Positions 19,970 through 28,925 of a stretch of DNA of 64,000 nt are shown piece by piece. This DNA comes from Hyphomonadaceae bacterium. Lineage in GTDB: Bacteria; Pseudomonadota; Alphaproteobacteria; Caulobacterales; Aquidulcibacteraceae. Positions within the stretch are counted from its first letter, which is position 1. Each line of letters starts with the position of its first letter. The notes under the pieces were generated by a model. The model was given only the letters and a program-made list of their open reading frames with translations. It searched no databases and was not told the origin of the DNA. The position numbers were made by a program, and so were the translations under genes. Location of the stretch: assembly GCA_021731815.1 (NCBI GenBank), contig JAKFWO010000038.1, forward strand, positions 224 through 64,223. The letters are read 5' to 3'.

Positions 19970-20021
19970 CAGGGCATCTTTCAGATGGTCCATTTCGGGA
20001 TCGGTATTTTCGGGAAACATT

Positions 20022-21359
20022 ATGCGCGTTGCGATCATCGGAAGCGGAATCGCCGGCCTCGGCGCGGCCTGGGCGCTCCGTCATTTGCCCGGAACCACCT
20101 TGTTCGAGGCCCGAGACCGGCTGGGCGGCCATGCCCGCACTGTGGAAATCGAGGGGGCGGCGGCACCGATCGGGGTCGATGTCGGCTTCATCGTCTTCAA
20201 TCAGGTGACCTATCCGAATTTCTGCCGCTTTCTCGATGAACTCGGAATTGGCAGTGTCGAGACCAATATGAGTTTCTCCTTCGCCGATTCAGCCGGCGAA
20301 TGGTCGACCTCGAATCTGTTTCTGGATCCCCAAAACTGCTTTTCGCCGACCCATTGGCGCATGCTTGGGGAATTCATGCGCTTTTCGCGCGAAGCGCATC
20401 GTGATCTCGCTTACACCACGCCCGATCCGCTGACGGGGCTGAGCCTTGGCGATTATCTGCGCCGTGGACGCTTTTTCCCGGCCTTTCAGGACCGCTTCCT
20501 GCTGCCCATGGCGACAGCGATCTGGTCCAGTTCCAGGGCGAATATCGGCGATTATCCGGCGCGCTCTTTCCTGCAATTTTTCGCCAATCACGGATTATTG
20601 TCGGTGCGCCCGCCGCTCTGGCGAACGGTGACGGGGGGATCGCAGGCTTACGTCGCCGCTGTGGAAAAACTGCTCGGGCCAATCGTCCGGAAAAATACCG
20701 CCATCGAACAAGTGCGCCGCATCGGCGACCGGCTGCTGGTCAAGCGGGCCGATCACCCGGCAGAGCCGTTCGACCATGTCATCTTTGCCTGTCATTCGGA
20801 CGAAGCGCGGGCGATCGCCCCCGATCTCGATCCCGATCGCGCCGCCGCCCTTTCGGCGATCAAATATTCGACCAATGAAATCGTGCTCCATCGCGACCCC
20901 CGGTCCATGCCGAAAAGGCGCGCGACCTGGGCGGCCTGGAACGTAGTGCGCAGGGAAGAAGGGCTGGAAATCACCTATTGGATGAACCATTTGCAACATA
21001 TCGACCGGGCGCATCCGCTGTTTGTCACGCTCAACCCGCAGCGTGCGATTGCGCCCGACAGCGTGATCGAACGGTTCAGCTTCGCCCATCCGCAGTTCAA
21101 TGCCGTGACCGAAGCCGCCCAACGGCAGATCGAGCGCCATCAGGGGCAGAACGGAATGAGCTTTGCAGGTGCCTGGCTCGGCTACGGGTTTCACGAGGAT
21201 GGCTTGCGCAGCGGGCTGCTCGCCGCCGAACGGCTTGGTGGCGCGATCCCCTGGGCAATCGCCCGACCGGGAACTGGCCTGCCGGGAACTGGCCTGCCCG
21301 AAACTGCGCGGGCGGCGGATGAAGCGGCAATTTCCCGCAGAAAGACCGAAACCGGATGA
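20022..21359 (+). CDS. FAD/NAD(P)-binding amine-oxidase-like oxidoreductase (UfaD-like fatty-acyl desaturase candidate)
   Basis: 445 aa. N-terminal Rossmann motif MRVAIIGSGIAGLGAAWAL. The stop overlaps the next start (ATGA at 21356-21359). Conserved gene trio with DUF1365 and a CFA-synthase-like methyltransferase. It contains an in-frame 15-bp x2 repeat (21267-21296, PGTGLPGTGL). Confidence 0.8.
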   Translation: MRVAIIGSGIAGLGAAWALRHLPGTTLFEARDRLGGHARTVEIEGAAAPIGVDVGFIVFNQVTYPNFCRFLDELGIGSVETNMSFSFADSAGEWSTSNLFLDPQNCFSPTHWRMLGEFMRFSREAHRDLAYTTPDPLTGLSLGDYLRRGRFFPAFQDRFLLPMATAIWSSSRANIGDYPARSFLQFFANHGLLSVRPPLWRTVTGGSQAYVAAVEKLLGPIVRKNTAIEQVRRIGDRLLVKRADHPAEPFDHVIFACHSDEARAIAPDLDPDRAAALSAIKYSTNEIVLHRDPRSMPKRRATWAAWNVVRREEGLEITYWMNHLQHIDRAHPLFVTLNPQRAIAPDSVIERFSFAHPQFNAVTEAAQRQIERHQGQNGMSFAGAWLGYGFHEDGLRSGLLAAERLGGAIPWAIARPGTGLPGTGLPETARAADEAAISRRKTETG

Positions 21360-22207
21360 TTGAGCCGGCTCCCGATCCGTCGCCTCCCGAGCCGATCGCC
21401 GATTTCCGGATCGGCCAGACGATTCACGCCCGGCTGCTGCCGTTCCGACATGTCTTCTCCTATCGGCTCTACATGCTGCGCCTCGATATCGACCATATTG
21501 CCGAAGCCACCGCATCGCTGCGGCGTTTTTCCTATAATCAGCGCAATCTGCTGGCCTTTTACGATCGCGACCATGGAACGGGGGCGGATGTTCCCCTGCG
21601 CGGCTTTGTCGAGGATGTCCTGAAGCGCGCCGGCCTGACGCCGCCTGGGGGCCGGATCGATCTCTACACCCTTCCGCGCGTGCTGGGTTATGTCTTCAAC
21701 CCGATCTCCGTCTTCGTCGCCCATGACCGGGCGGGAATTCCGCGGAATGTGCTCTATGAGGTCAACAACACTTTTGGCGAGCGTCATTGCTATGCCGGCA
21801 CCCTCGATTCCGGTCCGGATTCCACCGATACAGGGTCCGTATCCCGGCATGTCGCCAGCAAGGCGTTTCATGTCTCCCCCTTCCAGAAAGTGGAAGGCGA
21901 GTATGATTTCCGGCTGATCCTGCGGCGCGGTCTGTTTGCGTTGCGCGTCACCAATCTTACCTGCCCCCCGGATGGCGCGACAAGAATCGGCCATATCGCT
22001 ACGCTGCGGCTGGAGAGAAAAAGTCTGACCGACGCCACCATTACACGAATGCTGGTCGCCCTTCCCTTCCTCACCCTGAAGGTCATTGCTGCCATCCACT
22101 GGCAGGCATTGAATTTATGGCTGAAAGGGGCACATTACCAGAAGAAACCGGCGCGGCCCTCAGATTCTGTCACATTGGCCGCCAGCCATGAAGTGCCACC
22201 GTCCTGA
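21356..22207 (+). CDS. DUF1365 family protein (UfaO-like candidate)
   Basis: 283 aa, translationally coupled to the preceding oxidoreductase. Sequence (YRLYMLRLDIDHI, GYVFNPISVFV) and context match the DUF1365 family as I remember it. Not verified by search. Confidence 0.7.
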   Translation: MIEPAPDPSPPEPIADFRIGQTIHARLLPFRHVFSYRLYMLRLDIDHIAEATASLRRFSYNQRNLLAFYDRDHGTGADVPLRGFVEDVLKRAGLTPPGGRIDLYTLPRVLGYVFNPISVFVAHDRAGIPRNVLYEVNNTFGERHCYAGTLDSGPDSTDTGSVSRHVASKAFHVSPFQKVEGEYDFRLILRRGLFALRVTNLTCPPDGATRIGHIATLRLERKSLTDATITRMLVALPFLTLKVIAAIHWQALNLWLKGAHYQKKPARPSDSVTLAASHEVPPS

Positions 22208-22286
22208 ATATGACGGCTGGCGGGAGGTCCCCAACGGGAAAGCTGCTGAAGCAGGCAGGATGAAATCGGACGGAAAAGGAAGAAAA

Positions 22287-23546
22287 ATGACCGCATTTCC
22301 GCCGCCGGATTCCAGTTCCGGGCCGATCGCGACCACGCCCGAGGCCATCAGCGCCGCTCTCGACCGGGCAGGCGCGCCGCTCGGCTTTCGCCTGATGCTG
22401 CGTGCGGCGGGAAAACTTGAAAGCGGAACGCTCGATTTCACTTTGCCCGATGGCGCGCGCCTCCGCTTTTCGGGAAAACAGGTCGAACCGCGCGTGGAAA
22501 TTCAGGTGCGGGACTGGCGAATGGCCAACCGGATCATCTCAAGGGGCGATATCGGTCTGGCCGAAGGCCTGATGGCGGGCGAATGGGACAGCCCCGACCT
22601 CGCAGGATTGCTGACCATGTTGTCGGATAATTTCGATGCCCTCTGGCAGGCCGCGCGCGGCAAGGGGCTGTTCCGGATCTTCAATCTGCTGCGCCATGCC
22701 ATGAACAGCAATTCGCGCTCGGGATCGCGCCGCAATATCCATGCCCATTACGATCTCGGCAATGAATTCTACCGGACCTGGCTCGACCGTTCGATGACCT
22801 ATTCCTCGGCCCGCTATTCGGGCGCAGATGAAAGCCTCGAGCGGGCGCAGGCCAACAAATATCGCGCGATTGCGGAAAATCTTGCGCTCACGCCCGATGA
22901 CCATGTGCTGGAAATCGGCTCCGGATGGGGGGGATTTGCCGAGACAGCGGCACGCGATTTCGGGGCGCGTGTCACCGGGCTGACCATCAGCCGCGCCCAA
23001 TATGATTTCGCCCGCCAGCGGATCTTCGAGGCCGGGCTGGCCGAACGCGTTACCTTCGAATTGCGCGATTACCGGGATATTTCGGGTCAATTCGACAAGG
23101 TCGCCTCGATCGAGATGTTCGAGGCGGTCGGCGAAAAATACTGGCCTGTTTTTTTCGGCAAAGTGCGCGACGCGCTGTCGCCGGGAGGCCGCGCGGCGCT
23201 TCAGATCATCACCATCCGCAACGATCTCTTCGCGCGCTACCGCACGCGATCGGACTTCATCCAGCGCTTCATCTTTCCCGGCGGCATGCTGCCATCCGAA
23301 GAGCGCCTGCGGGCCGAGGCACGCAATGCCGGCCTGTCATGGGAAAGTGCATCCATGTTCGGCGGCAGCTATGCCGACACGCTGAAAGTATGGACTCATA
23401 ATTTCACCAGCGCCTGGGACGACATCCGCACGCTCGGCTTTGACGAGCGTTTCCGCCAGATCTGGCGCTTTTACCTCGCTTATTGCGAGGCCGGTTTCCG
23501 CACCGGGCGGATTGATGTCGGCCAGTTTGCGCTGGTAAAGCCCTGA
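22287..23546 (+). CDS. cyclopropane-fatty-acyl-phospholipid synthase family SAM-dependent methyltransferase
   Basis: Track ORF starts at 22188. ATG 22287 is preceded by GGAAAAGGAAGAAAA and is the better start. SAM-binding motif VLEIGSGWGGFA. CFA/mycolic-acid-synthase-type C-terminal region (WRFYLAYCEAGF). Confidence 0.85.
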   Translation: MTAFPPPDSSSGPIATTPEAISAALDRAGAPLGFRLMLRAAGKLESGTLDFTLPDGARLRFSGKQVEPRVEIQVRDWRMANRIISRGDIGLAEGLMAGEWDSPDLAGLLTMLSDNFDALWQAARGKGLFRIFNLLRHAMNSNSRSGSRRNIHAHYDLGNEFYRTWLDRSMTYSSARYSGADESLERAQANKYRAIAENLALTPDDHVLEIGSGWGGFAETAARDFGARVTGLTISRAQYDFARQRIFEAGLAERVTFELRDYRDISGQFDKVASIEMFEAVGEKYWPVFFGKVRDALSPGGRAALQIITIRNDLFARYRTRSDFIQRFIFPGGMLPSEERLRAEARNAGLSWESASMFGGSYADTLKVWTHNFTSAWDDIRTLGFDERFRQIWRFYLAYCEAGFRTGRIDVGQFALVKP

Positions 23547-23577
23547 TGGAGATGCTGATTTCGGTACAGACACCCGA

Positions 23578-25245
23578 TCAGCGCGAGAATTTCTGGAATT
23601 TGATCCGGCCCGGAATGATCGAATCGGGGCCGAGCCGGCGGATCTTGTCCTTCTCGTAATCCTCGAAATTGCCCTCGAACCATTCGACATGGCTGTCGCC
23701 CTCGAAAGCGAGGATATGGGTCGCGAGGCGATCGAGGAACCAGCGGTCATGGCTGATCACGACCGCGCAGCCGGGAAAATCCTCGAGCGCGCTTTCAAGT
23801 GCCTGCAAGGTCTCGACATCCAGATCATTGGTCGGTTCGTCGAGCAAGAGGACATTGGCCCCCGACAACAGGGTTTTGGCGAGATGCACGCGGTTGCGCT
23901 CGCCGCCCGACAGCAGCCCGACCTTTTTCTGCTGGTCCGAGCCCTTGAAATTGAAGGTCGAGACATAGGCCCGGCTCGGCACGTCGCGGCCATTGATGGT
24001 CAGCACATCGAGGCCGCCGGAAATTTCCTGCCAGATGGTTTTTTGCGGGTCGAGCGTATCGCGGCTCTGGTCGACATAGCCGAGCTTTACCGATTCCCCG
24101 ATGGCGATCGCTCCCTGATCGGGGGGCTCCTGGCCGGTGATCATCCTGAACAGCGTCGATTTTCCTGCCCCATTGGGGCCGATAATGCCGACAATTCCGC
24201 CCGGCGGCAGCTTGAAACTGAGATCGGAAATCAGCGCCCGCTCGCCAAAAGCCTTGCTCAAATGGTCGAAGGCAATGACATTTTGCCCGAGCCGCGGCCC
24301 CGGCGGGATCTGGATCGTGGCGAAGGTCTGTTTTTCGCGCTCGGCCGCCGATTGCAATTCATCGAAACGCTGCAAGCGGGCCTTGGACTTGGCCTGCCGG
24401 GCTTTCGCACCCTGGCGCACCCATTCCAGTTCCCGGGCAATGGTGCGGGCGCGCGCATCGGTTTCCCGGTCTTCCTGGGCCACCCGTTTGGCCTTTTGCT
24501 CGAGCCAGGCGGAATAATTGCCCTCATAGGGAATGCCCTTGCCGCGATCGAGCTCGAGCGTCCATTTGGTGACCTGATCGAGGAAATAGCGGTCATGGGT
24601 GACGAGAATCACGCAGCCGGGGAATTTCTCGAGATGATGCTGGAGCCAGGCGACGCTTTCGGCGTCGAGATGGTTGGTCGGCTCGTCGAGCAACAGCATG
24701 TCGGGCTTCGACAGCAGCAATTGGCACAATGCCACGCGGCGGCGCTCCCCGCCCGAAAGTTTTGCCACCCCCGCTTCATTGGGCGGGCAGCGCAGGGCTC
24801 CCATCGCCATTTCGATGCGTGAATCGATGTCCCAGGCGTCGGCGAGGTCGATCTGCTCCTGAAGGGTGGTCATTTCCTCCATCAATTCATCGGAATAATC
24901 CTCGCCCAGTTTCACCGAGACGGCATTATAGCGGTCGAGCAGGATTTTCTCCGGGCATTTGGCCACCACATTGCCCCAGACATCGAGAGTTTCATCGAGC
25001 TGCGGCTCCTGCTGGAGATAGCCCATTTTGACGCCGGCCATGGGCGTGGCCTCGCCGGTAAATTCCGTGTCGATCCCGGCCATGATCTTGAGCAGCGTCG
25101 ACTTTCCCGAGCCGTTGACGCCTACCACCCCGATCTTGGCGTCGGGATAAAAGGACAGCCAAATGTTTTCGAACACCTTTTTCCCGCCGGGAAAAGCCCT
25201 GGTCAGACCCTGCATCGAGAAAATATATTGGGCGGGTGCCGCCAT
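23578..25245 (-). CDS. ettA: energy-dependent translational throttle protein EttA (ABC-F ATPase)
   Basis: Trimmed from 25332 to ATG 25245 (MAAPAQYIFSMQGLTRAFPGGKKVFENIWLSF...). Two ABC cassettes: Walker A GVNGSGKST and GPNGAGKST, signatures LSGGERRRV and LSGGERNRV. Confidence 0.9.
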   Translation of the reverse strand: MAAPAQYIFSMQGLTRAFPGGKKVFENIWLSFYPDAKIGVVGVNGSGKSTLLKIMAGIDTEFTGEATPMAGVKMGYLQQEPQLDETLDVWGNVVAKCPEKILLDRYNAVSVKLGEDYSDELMEEMTTLQEQIDLADAWDIDSRIEMAMGALRCPPNEAGVAKLSGGERRRVALCQLLLSKPDMLLLDEPTNHLDAESVAWLQHHLEKFPGCVILVTHDRYFLDQVTKWTLELDRGKGIPYEGNYSAWLEQKAKRVAQEDRETDARARTIARELEWVRQGAKARQAKSKARLQRFDELQSAAEREKQTFATIQIPPGPRLGQNVIAFDHLSKAFGERALISDLSFKLPPGGIVGIIGPNGAGKSTLFRMITGQEPPDQGAIAIGESVKLGYVDQSRDTLDPQKTIWQEISGGLDVLTINGRDVPSRAYVSTFNFKGSDQQKKVGLLSGGERNRVHLAKTLLSGANVLLLDEPTNDLDVETLQALESALEDFPGCAVVISHDRWFLDRLATHILAFEGDSHVEWFEGNFEDYEKDKIRRLGPDSIIPGRIKFQKFSR

Positions 25246-25428
25246 GACATGATCCTTGCGAAGGTTTTTTGAAATTGGGAGTCGGTTCCAGGGGCGGCGC
25301 ATTATTTCGCGCGCGTCGCCCGGACAAGACATGATTCGTCATGCGCCGACCGGGCTTTAAGCACGAACACTTCCTGGAAACAATTCGGTCTCTTGTCACG
25401 CATTCTGTCTGTACATTCTGGCTGCACA

Positions 25429-25531
25429 CTCTGGTCGCAGGCTCTGGTCGCAGGCTCTGGCCGCAGGCTCTGGCCGCAGGCTCTGGCCGCACGCTCTGGC
25501 CGCAGGCTCTGGCCGCAGGCTCTGGCAGCGG
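25429..25531. repeat. 13-bp tandem repeat x~8 in the divergent ettA/tgt intergenic region
   Basis: CTCTGG(T/C)CGCAGG repeated head-to-tail: units start at 25429, 25442, 25455, 25468, 25481 (one substitution), 25494 and 25507, with a truncated unit at 25520. The unit length is not a multiple of 3. Confidence 0.95.
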
Positions 25532-25617
25532 AAAACCGCTTCCCCTTTGATCCATGTCCCAATAAGCACGGGCGCTGGTTCCTTATTCCCCCGAAAATCG
25601 GGCAATCCTTCGCTTCC

Positions 25618-26763
25618 ATGCAAATCTTTCCTTTCGACATCACAGCCCGATCCGGGGCCGCGCGCATGGGTGCGCTTCATACCCCGCGCGGTGCCATCCG
25701 CACCCCGGCCTTCATGCCCGTGGGCACCGCGGGGACCGTCAAGGGCCTCTATCCCGAACAGGTACGGGCGGCGGGTGCCGATATCCTCCTCGCCAACACC
25801 TATCATCTCATGCTGCGACCGGGACCCGACCGGCTGACCCGCCTTGGCGGCCTGCACCGCCTGATGCGCTGGGACGGTCCGATCCTCACCGATAGCGGGG
25901 GCTTTCAGGTCTGGTCGCTCTCGGCATTGCGCAAGCTTTCGGAAGAGGGCGTCGCGTTCCGCAGCCATATTGATGGCTCTGCCCATTTCCTCTCACCCGA
26001 ACGTGCCATGGCCATTCAGGCCGATGCGATCGGGGCCGATATCGTCATGCAACTGGACGAATGCGCGCCTTTCGGGGCTCCGCGCGCAGCGATCGAAAGT
26101 TCCATGCTCTTGTCCGCGCGCTGGGCAGAACGCTGCAAATCCGCCTTCGGCGAGCGCCCGCACCAGACCCTGTTCGGCATCGTTCAGGGCGGCGTGTTCC
26201 CGGAATTGCGGCGTGAAAGTGCCGCGCGGCTCATCGATATCGGCTTTGGCGGCTATGCGGTGGGTGGCCTTGCGGTGGGCGAGGGCCATCACGCCATGCT
26301 GGAGACCCTGGACGGGCTCGCAGATCACCTGCCGGACACGCGGCCACGTTACCTCATGGGGGTTGGCAAGCCGCTCGACATCATCGAGGCCGTGGCCCGC
26401 GGGATCGACATGTTCGATTGCGTCCTGCCCACGCGCGCGGGCCGGCACGGACAGGCCTGGACGTGGCAGGGTCCACTCAATATCCGCAATGCGAAGATGG
26501 CGGAAGACGATACGCCGCTCGATGGCGCACTTGATTGCCCGGCCAGCCGCGATTTTTCGCGGGCATACCTCCACCATCTGTTCAGATCCGGCGAAATGCT
26601 CGGCCAGATGCTGCTGTCCTGGCACAATATCGCGTTTTTCGAGGCATTGATGGCGCGGATTCGCGATGAGATCGCATCCGGGGGTTTTCCGGAATTTCTC
26701 ATCCACCAGCGCGCGGAATGGAAATCCCAGGCGGCCGCGCCGCGGCCTCGGGTTGGAGAATGA
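25618..26763 (+). CDS. tgt: tRNA-guanine(34) transglycosylase (queuine tRNA-ribosyltransferase)
   Basis: Track ORF starts at 25393 and reads through the 13-bp repeat array. I trimmed it to ATG 25618 ([43 protein letters not shown]). Motifs [19 protein letters not shown] and SRAYLHHL are present. Confidence 0.9.
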   Translation: MQIFPFDITARSGAARMGALHTPRGAIRTPAFMPVGTAGTVKGLYPEQVRAAGADILLANTYHLMLRPGPDRLTRLGGLHRLMRWDGPILTDSGGFQVWSLSALRKLSEEGVAFRSHIDGSAHFLSPERAMAIQADAIGADIVMQLDECAPFGAPRAAIESSMLLSARWAERCKSAFGERPHQTLFGIVQGGVFPELRRESAARLIDIGFGGYAVGGLAVGEGHHAMLETLDGLADHLPDTRPRYLMGVGKPLDIIEAVARGIDMFDCVLPTRAGRHGQAWTWQGPLNIRNAKMAEDDTPLDGALDCPASRDFSRAYLHHLFRSGEMLGQMLLSWHNIAFFEALMARIRDEIASGGFPEFLIHQRAEWKSQAAAPRPRVGE

Positions 26764-26779
26764 ACTGATCGAACTGTGC

Positions 26780-27664
26780 TCAGCCCTGCTCGCTCGCCAG
26801 CCGGCGCCTGAGGATCGGCGCGAGTTTTTCCAGCATCGCCGGATCGCGCGCCGAAGGCACAGTGATCAGGCCGAAATCGAGGCCATGCTCGATATTCTGG
26901 GGGCTGATGCTGCGTTCCCCGGTCAGGCCGGCGGCAAGCTTCGCCACCAGATCGCGCCCGAGACCGGAATTGCGTTTGAGGATTTCGAGCACATTGGTGA
27001 CCGAAACGGCCTCATGCTCGCTGTGCCAGCAATCATAATCGGTGATCATGGCGACCGACGCATAGCATAATTCCGCCTCGCGCGCGAGCTTGGCCTCGGG
27101 CATATTGGTCATGCCGATCACGTCGCAGCCCCAGGCGCGATAGAGCCTTGATTCGGCCAGGGTCGAGAATTGCGGCCCCTCCATCGCGAGATAGGTGCCC
27201 CCCTCGATCACTTCTGCGCCCGCCTGCCGCCCGGCATCGGCCGCGAGCCGGGACAGCCGCGCACACACCGGCCGGGCCATGGAGACATGGCCGACCAGAC
27301 CCTCTCCGAAAAAGCTTTTCTCCCGGGCGAAGGTGCGGTCGATGAACTGATCGACCAGCACGAACATGCCCGGGGCCAGATCCTCGCGCAGCGAGCCGCA
27401 GGCCGAAAGGCTCAGCACATCCGTGCAACCGGCCGCCTTGAGCGCCCAGAGATTGGCACGGTAATTGATCGCAGAAGGGCTCAGCCGGTGCCCCCGGCCA
27501 TGGCGGGGCAGAAAGACCAGCCGCACGCCGCCCAATTCTCCATGCAAAAGGTCATCCGACGGCGCACCAAACGGGGTTTCATAGCGCACCCATTTTTGTG
27601 CCGACAGCCCGTCAATCTCGTAAAGACCCGAGCCCCCGATAATCCCCAAAACCCATTCGCCCAT
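26780..27664 (-). CDS. mtnP: S-methyl-5'-thioadenosine phosphorylase
   Basis: 294 aa. N-terminal GIIGGSGLY and the PNP/MTAP-family core (FLPRHGRGH, VIGMTNMPEAKLAREAE). Confidence 0.85.
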   Translation of the reverse strand: MGEWVLGIIGGSGLYEIDGLSAQKWVRYETPFGAPSDDLLHGELGGVRLVFLPRHGRGHRLSPSAINYRANLWALKAAGCTDVLSLSACGSLREDLAPGMFVLVDQFIDRTFAREKSFFGEGLVGHVSMARPVCARLSRLAADAGRQAGAEVIEGGTYLAMEGPQFSTLAESRLYRAWGCDVIGMTNMPEAKLAREAELCYASVAMITDYDCWHSEHEAVSVTNVLEILKRNSGLGRDLVAKLAAGLTGERSISPQNIEHGLDFGLITVPSARDPAMLEKLAPILRRRLASEQG

Positions 27665-27670
27665 CGCCGC

Positions 27671-28225
27671 CTATTCCCCCCGGCCCTCGCGCTGGCGCAC
27701 CACGCCCACCGCCTGCCGACATTCCGCCAGCAATTCCGCCATCAATTCCCGATCGGGTTTACCGCCCTTGCGGGCAAGCTCGGCCTGGGCCATGCAATGG
27801 CGGGCCGTCACGGTGATCGAGGTGATGAGATTCGGATCCATACGGTGTTCGGCACCCGCCCCGTCGAGATATTGGCAGAGCAGATTTGCCGCACTGCCAA
27901 GTTCCTCCATCTGAAAAGTGCCGGCCAGACCCCGGATTTCATGGGCGGCTGCGTAAATGCCCGCCATCGAGCCGCCCTCGCGGGCGCGCACCAGGGTCTC
28001 GATTTCCGTCAACCGCTCGCCCAGTACGCGCTCGATATTCCCGCGCAGGGTCTCGAGCGATTGCAGCGCCGCCCGCTCGGTGGCCGGGTTGAGCAAAGCG
28101 CGCACCGAATTGCCGCCGAGCTTGCGCTGCAACTGCCCTGACGGTGCCAGCACCTCAACTCCGTCGGGGAGCGGCAAGACCGCTTTGCGCGGGGCCGCGC
28201 CACCGCCGGAAGCTGCATCCACCAT
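27671..28225 (-). CDS. Hpt (histidine phosphotransfer)-like domain protein
   Basis: 184 aa. The segment AAHEIRGLAGTFQMEELG fits the Hpt H-x-x-(K/R)-G-x-x-G phosphohistidine motif. The ATG directly abuts the stop of the upstream response regulator (28225/28226). The stop is 6 nt from the mtnP start. Confidence 0.55.
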   Translation of the reverse strand: MVDAASGGGAAPRKAVLPLPDGVEVLAPSGQLQRKLGGNSVRALLNPATERAALQSLETLRGNIERVLGERLTEIETLVRAREGGSMAGIYAAAHEIRGLAGTFQMEELGSAANLLCQYLDGAGAEHRMDPNLITSITVTARHCMAQAELARKGGKPDRELMAELLAECRQAVGVVRQREGRGE

Positions 28226-28738
28226 CTAGTCGAGCTCCATCAATACATCATCGACAAGATCTTCGCGGCGTCGCCTTGCGGTCGCAAGTTTCGGGTCATC
28301 GCGCCGGCGCCGGTCCGGCCCGACATAAAAAGGCGCGCGGATATAGCGCCGCGGCCGCTCGATAATGAATCCGATCCGCTCGACCAACGCCTTGGGACTG
28401 ACCGGTTTCATCAGGATTTCATTGATTCCGGCGTCGCGTGCTTCCTCGATCCGGCGGCGGTCGGTATGGGCGGTCATCAGAATGATCGGCGACATGCTCG
28501 ACGCCGCCTCGCGCGTTCGCCGCAATTGCCGGGCCACCTGTACACCATCCATCCCCGGCATGGCGAAATCGATGATCAGAAAATCAACGGGATTGGTCCC
28601 CAATTCTTCCAGTGCGGAGGGGCCGTCATCGCGTTCGACGATACGCCGCCCGCCATAGGCCCGCAGCACGGTTGCAATGATCGCCCGCATGCTGGGGCTG
28701 TCATCCACAACCAGAAAGCTGAAAGGCGAAAGGCTCAC
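28226..28738 (-). CDS. single-domain CheY-like response regulator with Arg-rich C-terminal extension
   Basis: 170 aa with a GTG start. All receiver residues are present (VVDDS, LIIDFAMPGMDG, ILMTAH, LMKPV). A ~45-aa tail follows: RPRRYIRAPFYVGPDRRRRDDPKLATARRRREDLVDDVLMELD. Confidence 0.85.
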   Translation of the reverse strand: MSLSPFSFLVVDDSPSMRAIIATVLRAYGGRRIVERDDGPSALEELGTNPVDFLIIDFAMPGMDGVQVARQLRRTREAASSMSPIILMTAHTDRRRIEEARDAGINEILMKPVSPKALVERIGFIIERPRRYIRAPFYVGPDRRRRDDPKLATARRRREDLVDDVLMELD

Positions 28739-28925
28739 GCGCGGGTTCTTTCATTCATCGGTTCAAGGTCTGGCCGCAGACCGGTGTTCTGTTTCCGGGG
28801 TTTCCGATTGCGGGAGCCCTGCCCCCAGCGCTCAACGCCCGTCTGCGTATTTTATTCCCTCAAATCGTCATCTCACAGGTCCGCCGGGCGCGGAATTCCG
28901 TTCATGCCGAAGCGCCCGACGGGTT

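Noticed and set aside
25429-25531. CRISPR array (also considered for the arrays at 18150, 35735 and 39329)
   Set aside because: Units are only 11-36 bp and directly abut each other with no unique spacers. There are no cas genes in the window.
25393-25617. N-terminal 75-aa extension of tgt reading LWPQALAA(R/G)SGRR repeats
   Set aside because: The peptide repeat is the translation of a 13-bp (non-triplet) DNA repeat, so the apparent periodicity drifts through frames. Canonical Tgt begins at MQIFPFDI (ATG 25618).
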